This document shows, in pieces, positions 18,565 through 28,775 of a DNA stretch of 64,000 nt (position 1 is the stretch's first letter; each line of letters starts with the position of its first letter). Made by a program: the position numbers and the translations under genes. The DNA is taken from contig JAWLHY010000001.1 in NCBI GenBank assembly GCA_041690135.1, forward strand, positions 544,001 to 608,000, written 5' to 3'. The notes below the pieces were generated by a model that made no database searches, was not told the origin of the DNA, and saw nothing but the letters and a program-made list of their open reading frames with translations. This DNA is from Armatimonadota bacterium. GTDB taxonomy: Bacteria > Armatimonadota > SYMT01.

Positions 18565-20736
18565 CTACTCCTCGGCCTCCTCATCCTGCATCACGTAGAC
18601 CCTTCTTCGCTCTTCAAGCAGACGGCCAAACGGCATCTTCTTAAGCTCCCTCCCAGCCCGGTACTGATCCGGCTCACTGTTCCACGCAGCCCCTGCCTTC
18701 CGGTAGAGCAGCAGGTAGAGACACCCATCCCCCTGCGTGATCCGCTCGACCACCTCCTTGACTCGCATATGGTTGGTTTTCTTCCCCTCAGGCCAGCGAT
18801 CATTAATGGACTCCGCAAGGTCGCGGAAGCTCACCTCCGCAGTTCCGGTCGGAGAGTCCCGCAGCGCAATCAGGAGCAGAAGCACCGTGTGAAGAGTGAC
18901 CTCGGGACTCCACCTGGCCTTGGGCTGAAGACGGCGTAGCTCTTGAACCGTCTGCCCGGCAATGGCGACCACTTCGCCCGTGATCTCCCCCGTGATCTTC
19001 TGGCGGGGACGTGGCGTCCCTCGTCGGTAGGGCATGAAGTCCTTGTACCAGAAGGTGTCCCAGTAGGAATGAATGGACGCGATGCGGGCCTCTCGATCCG
19101 CCTCACTTCTGGCGTCCGTTCGGATGGCAAGCTCCACCAGCTTCTCAACGGCTCCCTCCTTGCCAAACAGGATCACAGCGGCCAAGATGCCGCCCTTCCC
19201 CTCCATGCTGATCCACTCGTGGAAACCACCTGGTTGGAAGCCTTCCGTCCAAAGTCGCCTCGCTCGTGCTGGGGTCCAATCGGCGAGGGACCTTCGTCGC
19301 TCATCTCCCAGTTCAAACTCTGGCGTCGCCTCTGCTTCATCCTCTGCTTCGGCCTCGGGAAGCCGTGAGGCGACTTCTTCGTTGTGGAAGTCCGGGCTGT
19401 CCTGATCCTCATCCGTAGCCTCGCTGGCTATCGCCACAGCCGCAGGTGTAGCATATCGGGCCAGTCGAGCCGCACGGGCGATATTCTTGTCCCTCACCCA
19501 GCCCAGAACTTCAAGGGAGCGTCGTACGAGGGCGTTGTCGGGCAGGGCGGCACAGATGGCGGCGACCTGCTCCCGCTTGAGCACCGCACCGATACTCCAG
19601 TCAACATGCTCAACATGCTCAACATACTCGGCGATCTCCGCCGCTGCCTGGTCGAATTGCTGCACGTCCCACTGCTCGGGGAAGGCACCTGGGCCAAAAC
19701 GGAAGCCGTCCACCATCATCCGCGCCTGCTCATTCACAGGGAACAGGCGCTCGTTGTCAATATCGATCCACAGGCCAAGGCTCTCCGTGTAGGAATGCCT
19801 GCCGCCAGGGAAGCGCATCACTGGCACGTGGAGATTGTTGGCGTCAATCTTGAGCGTCTTGTTGAAAGGTCGCTCTTCCAAGGCGGCGAGATAGCTCTCC
19901 AGGAGAAAGCTTGCTACCGAGGGGAAAACAGGGACTGGGTATGGGAGCACTGCCTGGAAGCCGCGTTTGCCTGTCCGAAAGGCATGGTACGGCAACCCCA
20001 TCGATGCAGCTATCCGACGCTCCGACCATAGCTCTGCGATTATTGGAAGTGGGTTGTGTCTCTTCCACGGCGCATCCTGGTCTACATCGATCCGTAGGCA
20101 GGCAACCTTGTAGAACCTCGGAACACTGGCTCCGCTGTGCGGGTCGCTTTCCCACTTCTTGCGTGGCAGGTCGGTGGTCCCGACCGCGTTCGTCCATCCG
20201 GCAAAGTGCTTTACAAGATCCAGCAGAGCAAGTGCCCGTCCCGGGCGGAATCGGTCAATCTCCACCTCCCGCTTCTCGGTGGATACGTCATCGTCCCCCG
20301 TTATCTCCACGGGCACAAACACCGTCTTCTTCCGGGTTCCACAGCGAATCAGCTTACCTTTCTCTTCCAACGGCCACTTGCCGGAATCCGCCTGCTTGCC
20401 CCAAAGCTCCCGTTGCGGTATCAACTCAAGGACTCGCTCAGCCAGGGCAGTGGTCTTTGGAAGGTAATGCCGCACGAAGCGCACAGTGAGCTTTTCCCTG
20501 GTCATCCTCGCGGCCTCGCACGCCGCAAATGCTTCCGGCTCCAGGTAGAACGCGAACGGGCGGGAGTGAACGTCGAACAGGTCGGTTCGGAACTGGCGCT
20601 GCCACTCTTCTTCTTCCGCTTCGGAGCGATAAGGCTCGGGGACCTCAAGCGGAGGGCGTACCTCCGCTTGAGCCACCAACGGGATGCTGAATATGTCCCA
20701 GGAGGGATCGATGTCCCACCAATCTTCCATAGTCAT
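18565..20736 (-). CDS. Putative AEP-superfamily primase-polymerase replication protein
   Basis: LRIDVD (motif I), RTGKRGFQ (motif II variant), VMRFPG (motif III-like), possible C-terminal winged helix. Confidence 0.5.
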   Translation of the reverse strand: MTMEDWWDIDPSWDIFSIPLVAQAEVRPPLEVPEPYRSEAEEEEWQRQFRTDLFDVHSRPFAFYLEPEAFAACEAARMTREKLTVRFVRHYLPKTTALAERVLELIPQRELWGKQADSGKWPLEEKGKLIRCGTRKKTVFVPVEITGDDDVSTEKREVEIDRFRPGRALALLDLVKHFAGWTNAVGTTDLPRKKWESDPHSGASVPRFYKVACLRIDVDQDAPWKRHNPLPIIAELWSERRIAASMGLPYHAFRTGKRGFQAVLPYPVPVFPSVASFLLESYLAALEERPFNKTLKIDANNLHVPVMRFPGGRHSYTESLGLWIDIDNERLFPVNEQARMMVDGFRFGPGAFPEQWDVQQFDQAAAEIAEYVEHVEHVDWSIGAVLKREQVAAICAALPDNALVRRSLEVLGWVRDKNIARAARLARYATPAAVAIASEATDEDQDSPDFHNEEVASRLPEAEAEDEAEATPEFELGDERRRSLADWTPARARRLWTEGFQPGGFHEWISMEGKGGILAAVILFGKEGAVEKLVELAIRTDARSEADREARIASIHSYWDTFWYKDFMPYRRGTPRPRQKITGEITGEVVAIAGQTVQELRRLQPKARWSPEVTLHTVLLLLIALRDSPTGTAEVSFRDLAESINDRWPEGKKTNHMRVKEVVERITQGDGCLYLLLYRKAGAAWNSEPDQYRAGRELKKMPFGRLLEERRRVYVMQDEEAEE

Positions 20737-20744
20737 TACCTAAA

Positions 20745-20784
20745 AGAACGGCCCACCGAGGTGGTAGGCTCGGTGGGCCGTTCT
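20745..20784. promoter_or_regulatory. Perfect 16-bp inverted repeat just upstream of the replicase-like start
   Basis: AGAACGGCCCACCGAG-gtggtagg-CTCGGTGGGCCGTTCT. Confidence 0.6.
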
Positions 20785-21027
20785 GTCGCTGGCCGTGCTC
20801 CACGCGAAAGCCTGACGCGCACCCTGCTACCACTCCACGGCCCTCTCTCATCGGCTGGCGGCCCGACGATTTGAGATACGTGCATTACAGCGGCTAGCAG
20901 TCGCCGTAATCATCCGTGCGTCCTCTGAAGTGAAGCCGCCACTTCAGGACCTTGCCGGGACTGCTACAACTTCTTCACGCAGGATGCGCGTTTGCGGTCG
21001 CAAACGCGCATCCCTGGACTCCAAGCA

Positions 21028-21297
21028 TCAGCCCCGCTCCCACTCATCCAGCGGAAGACATCGGCCATCTTCACCTACGCGGAAGTCTCGCCCGAGATGC
21101 GCCACGACATCGAAACGGGTCGTGGCGCGGGCATAACGCACGTTTTGGACCGTGTAGGTCTCGATGGCCGCCTGCCGCTCCTTCTTCGTCTTGTAGGCGC
21201 GGAAGTGATAGTTATGAGGCCGTGGACGCTTGGGGTCGGCCCAGTCGCTCGGGTCCGACCAGTCATGGACGTGGATCGCATAGAAGAACATCAGCAT
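21028..21297 (-). CDS. Hypothetical protein
   Basis: AAGGAGGA RBS before the ATG; 89 aa. Confidence 0.55.
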   Translation of the reverse strand: MLMFFYAIHVHDWSDPSDWADPKRPRPHNYHFRAYKTKKERQAAIETYTVQNVRYARATTRFDVVAHLGRDFRVGEDGRCLPLDEWERG

Positions 21298-21679
21298 TCC
21301 TCCTTTCTTCGTGCCGGGACGGGTGTCGCGACTGTGATGCTGCCCCAGTCGCGGCGAATCATCATGTGTTCACCTTCCGCTGACATCTGATCTGCCAAGG
21401 TGAAGGTGTGGAGGGGAGTCGCATTCAGGCTGAACGTTTTCTCACCGCCACCTTCACGCACTGCTTCCTGGATGACGCGCATCGCTCGACTCCGCCATAC
21501 ACTCTTCGTGGGGCCTGTCGGCCCAGGTCTTCTGCCCACGGTTGCTCTCCTTGTCGTCGCTAAGTGGAGCGCTGTCTGTACCGCGCTCACTCGCAATAGC
21601 AGCGGCAAGCAGCAAGTTGAGTAAAAGCCCCGCGAGTTGGGCCGCAGAATCTGACTACGGCCCGAACCGCGTGCCTGCA

Positions 21680-22054
21680 TCAGTCCCCTGAGTTCTCGCC
21701 GTGAAGATCGAGGCCCAGCATCTCTAGCTGGGCCTTGGCCTGGGGCGAGAACGCCAACGCTGCAATGACAGGCGTGTCACCGAAGCCGAGTCGCTCGCCC
21801 GCATCCGAGTCGAGCATCACGAAGTCCGCGCCGAGCTGCTCCTTGATAAGCTCCTCCAGGTCCTCTCGCGTGACTCCGAGGACGCCGACTCCCCGCAGCC
21901 AGATGTGAACCGGGACGCTATCCGGATTCCACTCCGTTATGTACGCCCCGCCATCATCGGGTATGCACTGAAGCACCTCGTGAGGGATGCTCTCCCAGCC
22001 GAAGAGCGAGGCGCGTCTGTTCAGCCGGGCTATCTGTTTCTTGGTCACCCACAT
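21680..22054 (-). CDS. Hypothetical protein
   Basis: AGGAG RBS; lies downstream of the promoter motif at 22102-22133. Confidence 0.6.
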   Translation of the reverse strand: MWVTKKQIARLNRRASLFGWESIPHEVLQCIPDDGGAYITEWNPDSVPVHIWLRGVGVLGVTREDLEELIKEQLGADFVMLDSDAGERLGFGDTPVIAALAFSPQAKAQLEMLGLDLHGENSGD

Positions 22055-22101
22055 GCGGTTAGTCTCCTATTGGTCGGTGAGGGGCTGTTCCCTCACGGCC
22101 A

Positions 22102-22133
22102 ATAGCAGGGCGCTGCAGAAAATTGAGAAAAAA
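22102..22133 (-). promoter_or_regulatory. Element-specific promoter motif, copy A
   Basis: Minus strand TTTTTTCTCAATTT-N12-TGCTAT. Confidence 0.65.
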
Positions 22134-22362
22134 TTCTCCGACCACACTAAGAGTTACGAGCCGCAATACCCGGATTGATCGCTCTAGTAGTTTCCAGCCC
22201 ACATTCGTTGGATCGCCCGCCGCTACGTTGATGCGACGGGAGAAGTCGAGATGCCGCGTGCTCACCTCTGCGTGAGCAACTCCCGATGTGCCCTGAAGGA
22301 AGTCGAGAAGGCGCAACCTGAGGGCAGAAGCGACCCACGGGGAACCGCAAACAAACGTTTGA

Positions 22363-22405
22363 TTTTTTCCTCAATTTCCTTACTTGCTTCGCTATGGGTA
22401 GTGGA
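22363..22405 (+). promoter_or_regulatory. Element-specific promoter motif, copy B
   Basis: TTTTTTCCTCAATTT-N12-CGCTATGGGTAGTGGA. Confidence 0.7.
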
Positions 22406-22416
22406 GGTCACTACCG

Positions 22417-22683
22417 ATGGCAGCACCAGACTACGGACAGGGCTTTGCTAAGGAACTGAACCCACGCGACGCCGAGCGCGAGGCGGAACACTGGGAGGCG
22501 CTTGACCGCGCCGAGGACTACACCCGCTACATCGAGGAGCAGGCGCACCTTGCGGCGCTGGAGATGGAAGGAGAGCTTGATCCCGATGCGGGCACCGACC
22601 CCACACCCGATAGCACCCGCCCGGATGGCCTCTACCAGGCTCCGCGTACCGTGGCTCCCTGGTGCTGGGGGCGGGGACGATGA
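22417..22683 (+). CDS. Small acidic hypothetical protein
   Basis: GGAGG RBS; first gene of an overlapping plus-strand operon. Confidence 0.55.
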   Translation: MAAPDYGQGFAKELNPRDAEREAEHWEALDRAEDYTRYIEEQAHLAALEMEGELDPDAGTDPTPDSTRPDGLYQAPRTVAPWCWGRGR

Positions 22684-23279
22684 GTGCCAAACTGCTCTGG
22701 TGCCCCCAGGCGGTTATGGGAGACGAGGATCGGCTCCAGCGGGCCATCGTCGCGCTGGAGGAAGAGGCCGCTTTGCTCCGTGCGAAGCCTCGCCGCTCCC
22801 TGGCGCTCCAAGAGCGGATCGACGGCCTCGAAGCCACCATTGCCGAGTTCTATGCCCTGCTCGGTGAGCGCCACATCTCCGCCATTGAGTGGGGCACCAG
22901 TAGCCGCGTGGACCTGGCGGGGCTGGCAGCGCGGGTGTCCGCACTCGCCGAGGTGGAGTTTCTCCTGTGGCTCTCGTGCCGCACGGAACGTGAGGTGTTG
23001 GGGCATGCTGGTCTTGAGCGGGGTGTCCTGCACCACTACCTCTCCCGCACTCTGAATATCCCCCTCTCCGCCGTGATCCCCGAGCGGGAGTACGTACTCC
23101 TTGATGACGGTCGTCGCACCCTGCGGGTAGAGCTACCCTGTTGGGCGGTTGCCGTCAACGAACTCACCTCGCGGGGCATCTGCGGGCGTGCTGGCGTGCG
23201 CGTGACGGCACGGGGACTGCGCTGGCTCCTGCGGCTCCCTCGGGCAGGAGCACTCTCGGAGGTGCGCGGTGATGCGTAG
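22680..23279 (+). CDS. Hypothetical protein with an N-terminal coiled coil
   Basis: ATGA overlap with the previous gene. Confidence 0.6.
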   Translation: MSAKLLWCPQAVMGDEDRLQRAIVALEEEAALLRAKPRRSLALQERIDGLEATIAEFYALLGERHISAIEWGTSSRVDLAGLAARVSALAEVEFLLWLSCRTEREVLGHAGLERGVLHHYLSRTLNIPLSAVIPEREYVLLDDGRRTLRVELPCWAVAVNELTSRGICGRAGVRVTARGLRWLLRLPRAGALSEVRGDA

Positions 23280-24060
23280 CTCCGAGCAGATCGAGCGTTG
23301 CGAAATCAACGGCGAGCGCTACTACAAGGTCACTCGTGCCGACCAAGAGCCGCTGGTGCTTCCATCGGTGACGACGGTCCTCGGCGTCATAGACAAGGGA
23401 CTCGCGCCCTGGGCGGCGCGGGTGGCGGTGGAGCACCTCGCCAAGAACCTACCAGTCGGCCAGGTCCTCACACCTGCGGTGCTGCGCAAAGAAGCCGCAA
23501 TCGCCCGCACTCGCTATCTTGGGATCGCTGAGGAAGCGGCCCTGGCAGGTACCCAGGCGCACGAGGCAGTCGAGCACTTCCTCTGCACGGGCAAAGTCCC
23601 CCAACTTCCGAATGCCCTGCCGGGAGTTGCCTCTTGCGTCGAGCGGTTCGCAGAGTGGTGGGCATCGCAGAAACTGACGGTGTTAGCGACGGAGTTACCC
23701 ATCTACTGGGTGGATGCCGATGGAAAGGGATTTGCGGGAACTCTCGACATCCTAGCGGAATCCGAGGACGGCACCACCGTGGTACTCGATCTCAAATCGA
23801 GCAAGACCACCGCATCTCTCGACTCTTGGCGCATGCAGGCAGCGTGCTACGCCGTGGGTGTTTCCTACCGCCTCTCCGTTCCACGGCCAAACCGGATCGT
23901 GATCGTCAATGTTCCGCGATCAGGCACAGGGGTCAAGACCTTCACGCTATCCGAACAGGAGATAGACACGCACTTCCGCCTATTCCTGCACGTGCTTCAA
24001 CTGCATTATTCGTTGCGTAGCCGCGATGGACGAGAACCGTCCAGAATTGCAGCACGATGA
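23272..24060 (+). CDS. Phage-type PD-(D/E)XK exonuclease (RecB/Cas4-like)
   Basis: LPSVTTVL, GTQAHEAVE, FAGTLD, VLDLKS, QAACY. Confidence 0.85.
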   Translation: MRSSEQIERCEINGERYYKVTRADQEPLVLPSVTTVLGVIDKGLAPWAARVAVEHLAKNLPVGQVLTPAVLRKEAAIARTRYLGIAEEAALAGTQAHEAVEHFLCTGKVPQLPNALPGVASCVERFAEWWASQKLTVLATELPIYWVDADGKGFAGTLDILAESEDGTTVVLDLKSSKTTASLDSWRMQAACYAVGVSYRLSVPRPNRIVIVNVPRSGTGVKTFTLSEQEIDTHFRLFLHVLQLHYSLRSRDGREPSRIAAR

Positions 24061-24139
24061 TGCAGGTTGGGCCTGCTGTAACCCAGAAGGCCACAATATC
24101 GGCCAATTCTGGCCGGGTATTGCAAACCGAGGAAGATCA

Positions 24140-24367
24140 ATGGAAGCAGATGGCATATTTGCCCAACGAATGGAAAACGCTCAACCAGGGCGACTACTGG
24201 TGGGGCACTGCGATGACGCGAGCATCGTCATCGGATTGGTTGGGGACGCGAGGACCCTGATTCGTCTGGAGATTGAGGAAGCGTCCCGACTCTCACGCGA
24301 TCTGGGGAAGCTCATCCGCTCCCTGAAGCGTTCGCAACGCCGCCAGGTGCAGGGAGGCGAGCGATGA
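24140..24367 (+). CDS. Hypothetical protein
   Basis: GAGGA RBS; coupled to the next gene. Confidence 0.5.
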   Translation: MEADGIFAQRMENAQPGRLLVGHCDDASIVIGLVGDARTLIRLEIEEASRLSRDLGKLIRSLKRSQRRQVQGGER

Positions 24368-24711
24368 GCTATCAGGTGAAGAATTACCGTTTACGTCGTG
24401 ACGCGGATCGCTGGGATGCGGAGGTGGTGGCACGATTTGATTGTGCCATCCAGATTGGCGAGGAGCCGTTCACCGACGATCTTGTCCTGCGCGAGATGGA
24501 GCTTACCGAGCGCAATCCGGGAATCTTTCGGGTTGCGTCTCCCGCCACGGAAGGAGGTCCTGACGCCTTCTCCCTGCCCAGTCACTGGGAAGCAGCCATC
24601 CGGGAGATGGCGGTAGCGAAACACCAGCGGACGCGACTGTTCATACCGGGTGCCATTCCGGGAGGCGCTGCGGGCTGCTCTGCCCCCTGCTGGGCCGAGA
24701 ACGGCGAATGA
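24364..24711 (+). CDS. Hypothetical protein, possible SpoVG-like fold
   Basis: VVARFDC...LVLREMEL...GIFRVASP pattern; ATGA overlap. Confidence 0.5.
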   Translation: MSYQVKNYRLRRDADRWDAEVVARFDCAIQIGEEPFTDDLVLREMELTERNPGIFRVASPATEGGPDAFSLPSHWEAAIREMAVAKHQRTRLFIPGAIPGGAAGCSAPCWAENGE

Positions 24712-25088
24712 TGGTTGGGTTGCGCCTGCTGGCGTTCAGGTGCGTCACGCTTACTTCTGGTGACGAGACGGATGGTGAGGCGGGGGGTGTTGTGGCCCGC
24801 TTCACCGCCGAGTTTGACGTGGACGGCGCTGGAGTTTGGGTCCTACCAGGTTGGACACTGGTTCGGATCGGACCCGAGCGTTACAGCCTGGGTGCTCCCG
24901 AAGTTTGTGGGCCGGATCAGCAACGGGAGCCGGTTGTCGTGCCCGGTTCGTGGGAGATGCGTCTGCTGGCACGGGCCATCTGGCGTTACAAGGCGGAGAT
25001 GGACCCCCAGGCGGTCGAGCACCTCTCAGCCGCTCTCCGCGCCGATCTCGGCCTAGCGCCGTCCCGCAGTACACAGGCGAGGTGCTGA
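24708..25088 (+). CDS. Hypothetical protein, possible paralog of the preceding gene
   Basis: VVARFTAEF...VLPGWTLV...YSLGAP; ATGA overlap. Confidence 0.5.
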   Translation: MMVGLRLLAFRCVTLTSGDETDGEAGGVVARFTAEFDVDGAGVWVLPGWTLVRIGPERYSLGAPEVCGPDQQREPVVVPGSWEMRLLARAIWRYKAEMDPQAVEHLSAALRADLGLAPSRSTQARC

Positions 25089-25605
25089 TTGAGTTCCGCT
25101 GCCTGGAAGAACCTTTTCAAGGACTTCCGCCCCTGCACACCCGAAGAAGACGCGACGCTGGCGGAACTCTACTCCGTGCCTGCCGAGAGAACGTCCGCTT
25201 ATTATAGCGAGGTTGAAGCCTGCTGTCTGCCAGGCAGGCATCCGCGAGGAGTTGGGCGATCTGCCCTATCTCGTGCGGGAGAGCCTGGCGTCCTTAGCCG
25301 AGTGCATTTCCGAAAATGATGAGCCTACCGAGATCCTTGCGCATTTCGCGGAATCACTGCGCCTACCTGGCAGGCGTAGCTTGCTCCTTTCGCCGCTCTA
25401 TGTAGCTTCGCAGGAGTGGAGCAGACCACACAAGAGCTTCACCGCCACCCCGCCAATGCCAACACGGCTAAAGGTGTAGCATCCACAGAAGAGGGGGATG
25501 GGAGTTATCCACACCCCCTCTTTGCCATTTAAGATTGAGCAGGATAGTACAGATCCGCTGGCGAACATTCCCTGCGCGAGGGCTGCAGTAACGCAGGAGT
25601 GTTGT

Positions 25606-27144
25606 ATGTTCGAGCCGGTTGATGACTTGATCGGAGCGGTGCTGCTTGGAGACGCGAGAGCAGCAGAACGGGCTTTGAGGAGAGGGGAGAACCCAAACGT
25701 TCCCCACGAGGAGGGAGGTTTGACGCTTCTCTCCATAGCGGCAGGAGAAGGCTACCGCGACGTTGCGCAAGTCCTGCTACGGTTCGGCGCAATGGTAGAC
25801 TTGCCAGATGACGAGGGGCGAACACCACTATACTTTGCGGTCATTCAGTGCAAAGATCGTGTCGCACGCCTTCTCCTGCGAGCAGGTGCGAATCCCAACC
25901 AGACGTTTCCATGCGGCACCACACCCTTGACCTCCGCTGCTTCATCGGGTGCCCTCTTGATGGTTCGAGCATTGGTCGAGGGGGGCGCAGACGTTAACTT
26001 CTGCGACCTCAATAGGGATAGCCCGCTGGATATCGCATTATGGCACATGAATGACTCTGTTGTGCGGTACCTAGAGAGCATGGGCGGAACAAGAAGTGGC
26101 AGTTCCCCCATCACAGACCTGCGCTCAGCAATAGGTAGCACATCGAAATTAATCGAGAGTCTACAGACGGCTAGCGCACGTTGGGCAAACCTTCAAGAGA
26201 ACGGCGTACTGCCCGAGCCGGGACGAAACTATGATCAACCTGCCATCCCAGAGGATGCCACAGATCCAAGCCCCAAGGAAAACTCGGCACGACGAGCCTC
26301 GCGGAAAGGACGCAAGAGCGCCGCACCCGTCGAACTAACACTTCCCCAAGTGGGGGAGGAACTCAAGAGTCTTATCGGTTTGGATGAGGTAAAGAGCCAC
26401 GTCGGGCAGTTCGTGAACTATCTGCGGTTTCAGCAGATGCGGCAGCAGCAGGGCCTCGCCGTTCCGGAAACTACGCTCCACATGGTGTTCACGGGGAATC
26501 CGGGAACCGGCAAGACGACTATCGCCCGTTTGCTCGCGAAGACGTATCGCTGCCTTGGCGTGCTGAAGAAGGGGCATCTCGTAGAAACCGACCGTTCCGG
26601 CCTCGTGGCAGGCTACGTAGGGCAGACGGCGCTCAAGGTGCGTGAGGTGGTGGAGTCGGCTTTGGGAGGCGTGCTCTTCATCGACGAAGCCTACAGCCTC
26701 GCACAAGAAGGCGGCAACGACTACGGGCGTGAGGCCGTGGACACCCTGCTCAAGATGATGGAGGACCACCGTGATGACCTCGTGGTGATCGTCGCGGGCT
26801 ATACGGAGCCCATGCAGCGCTTCGTCCGCAGCAATCCTGGCTTGCAGTCCCGCTTCAACAAGTTCCTGCACTTCCCCGACTACTCTCCCCAAGAACTCAC
26901 GGCCATCTTCGAGCGGTTCGCGGCCAAGAGCGACTACCGCCTGCGCGAAACCACTAGGGTGACGGTCCAGGAAATGTTCGAGCAACTTTACGCTCAGCGG
27001 GACGAGACCTTCGGTAATGCCCGGTTGGCCCGCAACCTCTTCGAGACCACCGTAACGCGGCACGCCAACCATGTCATGGGGATGGCCTCGCCACAGCCGG
27101 ATGACTTCGTGTCCCTCAACCCCCAGGATGTGATGCAGAGGTAG
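25606..27144 (+). CDS. Ankyrin repeats fused to a SpoVK/CbbX/EccA-type AAA+ ATPase
   Basis: N-terminal ankyrin repeats, then HMVFTGNPGTGKTT, LVAGYVGQTA, GVLFIDEAYSL, NPGLQSRF, FGNARLARN. Confidence 0.88.
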   Translation: MFEPVDDLIGAVLLGDARAAERALRRGENPNVPHEEGGLTLLSIAAGEGYRDVAQVLLRFGAMVDLPDDEGRTPLYFAVIQCKDRVARLLLRAGANPNQTFPCGTTPLTSAASSGALLMVRALVEGGADVNFCDLNRDSPLDIALWHMNDSVVRYLESMGGTRSGSSPITDLRSAIGSTSKLIESLQTASARWANLQENGVLPEPGRNYDQPAIPEDATDPSPKENSARRASRKGRKSAAPVELTLPQVGEELKSLIGLDEVKSHVGQFVNYLRFQQMRQQQGLAVPETTLHMVFTGNPGTGKTTIARLLAKTYRCLGVLKKGHLVETDRSGLVAGYVGQTALKVREVVESALGGVLFIDEAYSLAQEGGNDYGREAVDTLLKMMEDHRDDLVVIVAGYTEPMQRFVRSNPGLQSRFNKFLHFPDYSPQELTAIFERFAAKSDYRLRETTRVTVQEMFEQLYAQRDETFGNARLARNLFETTVTRHANHVMGMASPQPDDFVSLNPQDVMQR

Positions 27145-27170
27145 AGACGACAAGTTCTAGACTGAAGGTG

Positions 27171-27201
27171 AGGGGCTGGGGAGACTTCCTCCCCAGCCCT
27201 T
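27171..27201. terminator. Hairpin between convergent genes
   Basis: GGGCTGGGGA-gacttcc-TCCCCAGCCC. Confidence 0.55.
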
Positions 27202-27373
27202 ACTGCTGCTCGGTGTCGGAAAGTGGCAGGGACGGAGCCTTCGAAGTCATGTTTGCCGGAATCCTGCACCCGCGAGATCCTTCTCCCCGTCACAGTAGGA
27301 GCCGAAGTGAATAAGAAGTCCAACTGGCCCAAGAAACGCCGAGTGCGGTCCGAAGCGGATGACAAACACCAAC

Positions 27374-27780
27374 TCATCCGGGAGACCTTCGACCGCTTAC
27401 TCGCAGAAGATCCACCTGCTGCACGTTGAAGACCGTGTAGTGCCGCAGGATCGGCACGCGGCGGCTTCGGGCCTGCTGTGCATCCTCTGCTTCCTGCTGG
27501 CGAGGGTCGAGGAAGCGCCAGAACACCACGGGGCACCCACGCTCGCCCTTGCGGACGGAACCGCCGAGTGGTTGAAGGTGAGGAAGCGGGGGTCGGAGTA
27601 GCCCAGGGACCCGAGAAGCCACAGATTGATGCCCCGATAGACTTTCCCACTAATGGCGTTGTGCGGAGCCAGTCCTTCGGCAACCCAGGGTTTGTGCCAG
27701 GGAGCCACGCTGCCGCTCTCAATGGCGGCGATGATCCGGTCGGTGATGGTGCGGTCAAGGTCGATCCTGCTGCCACTCAT
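27374..27780 (-). pseudogene. ardC: ArdC N-terminal ssDNA-binding domain (DUF1738), frameshifted and truncated
   Basis: ITDRIIAAIESG..PWHKPW, YRGIN, FLTF in one frame, continuing as GGSVRKGERG.PVVFW...LRHYTVFNVQQ in another. No C-terminal protease domain. Confidence 0.8.
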
Positions 27781-27933
27781 CTGCTAGTGCCTACCTACTC
27801 TCAATGGGGGCAAGGACGCAGATCGAACAAGACTCGCCATTAGCGCGGACAGAAGCGCTGCAACTGACGCGAAGAAGGTGGGCGTTAGTGAGGCATCACC
27901 TCACTAACGCCCACACGGGTGCTGACCTCTCGG

Positions 27934-28227
27934 CTAGGAGAGATCATCCGGGAAGGGTTCTCCATGCCAGAAGAACCACACGGACTCCACGATTTCCTGA
28001 AGTGCAGGCTCGTCCAGCGCCTCCAGTTTCGCGACCAGCGCAGGTCCGTCCACTCCCCACTTGACTGCAAGCCCTTCCTCAATGGCGAGGGCATCCTGAA
28101 TCTCTAGGGGGAGTTGATGGCACTCGGTCATAATGAGACCATTCAGGGCGTCAGCGATGAGGAACCGTTCGTTCTCATCGAGAAGTGCGCTCAGCGCATC
28201 CGAGAGTTCAACCCTCTCTTGCGTCAC
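27934..28227 (-). CDS. Hypothetical protein
   Basis: 97-aa acidic ORF upstream of ardC, downstream of promoter copy C. Confidence 0.55.
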   Translation of the reverse strand: MTQERVELSDALSALLDENERFLIADALNGLIMTECHQLPLEIQDALAIEEGLAVKWGVDGPALVAKLEALDEPALQEIVESVWFFWHGEPFPDDLS

Positions 28228-28296
28228 GTCTACCTATCCTTTCTATCGATGGGCGGGGTGCTAGAACCCCCAGCACCCTCGTGGTTGACAGTGACG

Positions 28297-28328
28297 ATAG
28301 GATGTCAAGGTACGAAATTGAGGAAAAA
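28297..28328 (-). promoter_or_regulatory. Element-specific promoter motif, copy C
   Basis: Minus strand TTTTTCCTCAATTT-N12-TCCTAT. Confidence 0.65.
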
Positions 28329-28775
28329 TGCCGCAGCCGCCCAGCGAACGGGATCAAGAAGGTCGCCCGCGCCGATGCCATAGATCACAATCCGGATCAC
28401 CATCGCGTCCCCGTCGTTATTCGCCCCGAGACTGGCGGAGGGGTGCCTGGCGAGTCTAATTTTCTGATACCGACTCTATGGCATGTAGTACTGTAGGACT
28501 CCTATGGAGACAGTACTACAGCCGTAGGGATGTTAAGAAGGCCGCCAGGCAAGCAAGCGGCAGGTCCTTCCCTTTGTCTCGCCTGTCAGTCGGAAGGGGG
28601 CGGGGGACTCCTGCGGGTCCCTCCTGGAGGTCCTTCCTCGTAGGAACAAGAACCGAGATGGGAACCCGCGATAGCTGTGAAAGCAATGCCGCCTTAGCCT
28701 GCGGTACGAGCAAGTGCCGCGAAGCACCACGTAGTGGTTGAGCAGCCGAAGCAGCGAACGCCCAACGGAGGCGCG

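Noticed and set aside
23272-24060. CRISPR cas4
   Set aside because: No four-Cys Fe-S cluster pattern and no cas context; it resembles a phage exonuclease.
28454-28480. Seventh copy of the promoter motif
   Set aside because: The upstream box is degenerate (GTCTAATTT) and the spacing is off by one. Plausible, but not counted.
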